Origin: Octopus sinensis
Lineage: Eukaryota
Length of the DNA: 38,777 nucleotides
Direction of reading: 5' to 3'
Assembly: GCF_006345805.1 (NCBI RefSeq)
Contig: NW_021824647.1
Coordinates: forward strand, 1-38,777
In this document: positions 38,036-38,777 of the stretch, piece by piece
Position numbering within the stretch: position 1 is the first letter of the stretch
Layout of the letters: every line of letters begins with the position of its first letter
The notes under the pieces: generated by a model
Database searches by the model: none
Told to the model about the DNA's origin: nothing
What the model saw: only the letters and a program-made list of their open reading frames with translations
Program-made: the position numbers and the translations under genes

Positions 38036-38229
38036 CTCACACACTACTACTTCTCATTTTCCCTCCTTTCCCTTCATATTACTGTTGCTTTCGTGACTAT
38101 CTTTTTTTTTTTAATTATAATACTGGTAATTTCACAAAATACTTAGAGACAGAGAAACTTTTTACACGCCAATTTAATTAGCAGGATTATGTACCTGCGA
38201 TTTGGAGACAACAAGCATTTTCAAACCTC

Positions 38230-38777
38230 AAGAATCTTTCTTTGAAATCTTGCAAAATACTCGATGACATTTACCTTCAGTCCAAAGATACGTTTCTCAA
38301 TTTGAGTATTTTTCAGGCACTTTGGTAGACATTTTAGTGTTGTATCGGACGCACAATCTGTATCATGACCAATTCTGTTCCACATTCTCTTCCGTTATTA
38401 ACCTAGGTGTTGATATTTCTTAATTTCTCAGTTTCCATGATATCCGTTTTATTATCAAATGGTTTTGCAATAACTATGGCCTTAAACTATTCGTTTTTTC
38501 TGCATTTCAACGAAAATACCTTGCTTGCCGTCCCCAATGCCATAATTTGAATGAAAAATCCCCCAAAAGTCTGTAATTAACATCCATATTCCCAGGCTTT
38601 GCTGGTGTGCCTCATGTCCATTTACCACTTTTTTCGTGTCACTTCAAATCTACAAAATTCGCTAACATCCCAATACACTGTTTGACCTGCTTATCTGCGT
38701 TTACACTCTTTTTGTGATAGCCTACTACACTCACGTGGGAGATAATATCTTCGATCAATTTTTCTCATGAACGTGTG
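38230..38777 (-). pseudogene. R4/Dong-type non-LTR retrotransposon C-terminal restriction-like endonuclease relic
   Basis: Manual minus-strand translation across frameshifts: ECSRLSQKECKRR*AGQTVYWDV (from 38732), YRLLGDF (~38575), IAKPFDNKTDIMETEKL (38471-38421), KYQHL, KRMWN, QIVRPI. Order matches C..LAQ.EYK.RH...VHW / LWDF / IA.P.D....KE.EK..KYQ.L...R.W / IVPI. Confidence 0.78.

Overview
Very AT-rich eukaryotic non-coding DNA, intergenic or deep intronic. The microsatellite load and the tRNA-derived SINE families look like an octopus (coleoid cephalopod) genome; that is inference from recognition, not a database result. I can support no intact host gene, and nearly all ORF-track entries are translated microsatellites. 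The window is a graveyard of mobile elements: about 20 SINE copies or fragments from about four modular families, three Penelope-like (GIY-YIG) fragments, an L1/Tx1-type reverse transcriptase fragment, an R4/Dong-type endonuclease relic, a pogo-type transposase relic and a non-autonomous Helitron. The most interesting items are (i) a hammerhead-ribozyme core at 13071-13168 (-) with intact catalytic nucleotides, a palindromic GUAC loop III and an unusually large stem II insert; (ii) a three-layer nested insertion at 16905-17626 with two target-site duplications, whose Penelope 3' end carries a tRNA-like unit and a hammerhead remnant; (iii) a ~237-bp fold-back palindrome with a third arm, embedded in an array of tRNA B-box-like motifs (17640-18490). 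Two tandem duplications (~0.6 kb and ~1.47 kb) differ mainly by 1-bp indels and may be assembly artefacts. I did not find a convincing new protein-coding system.
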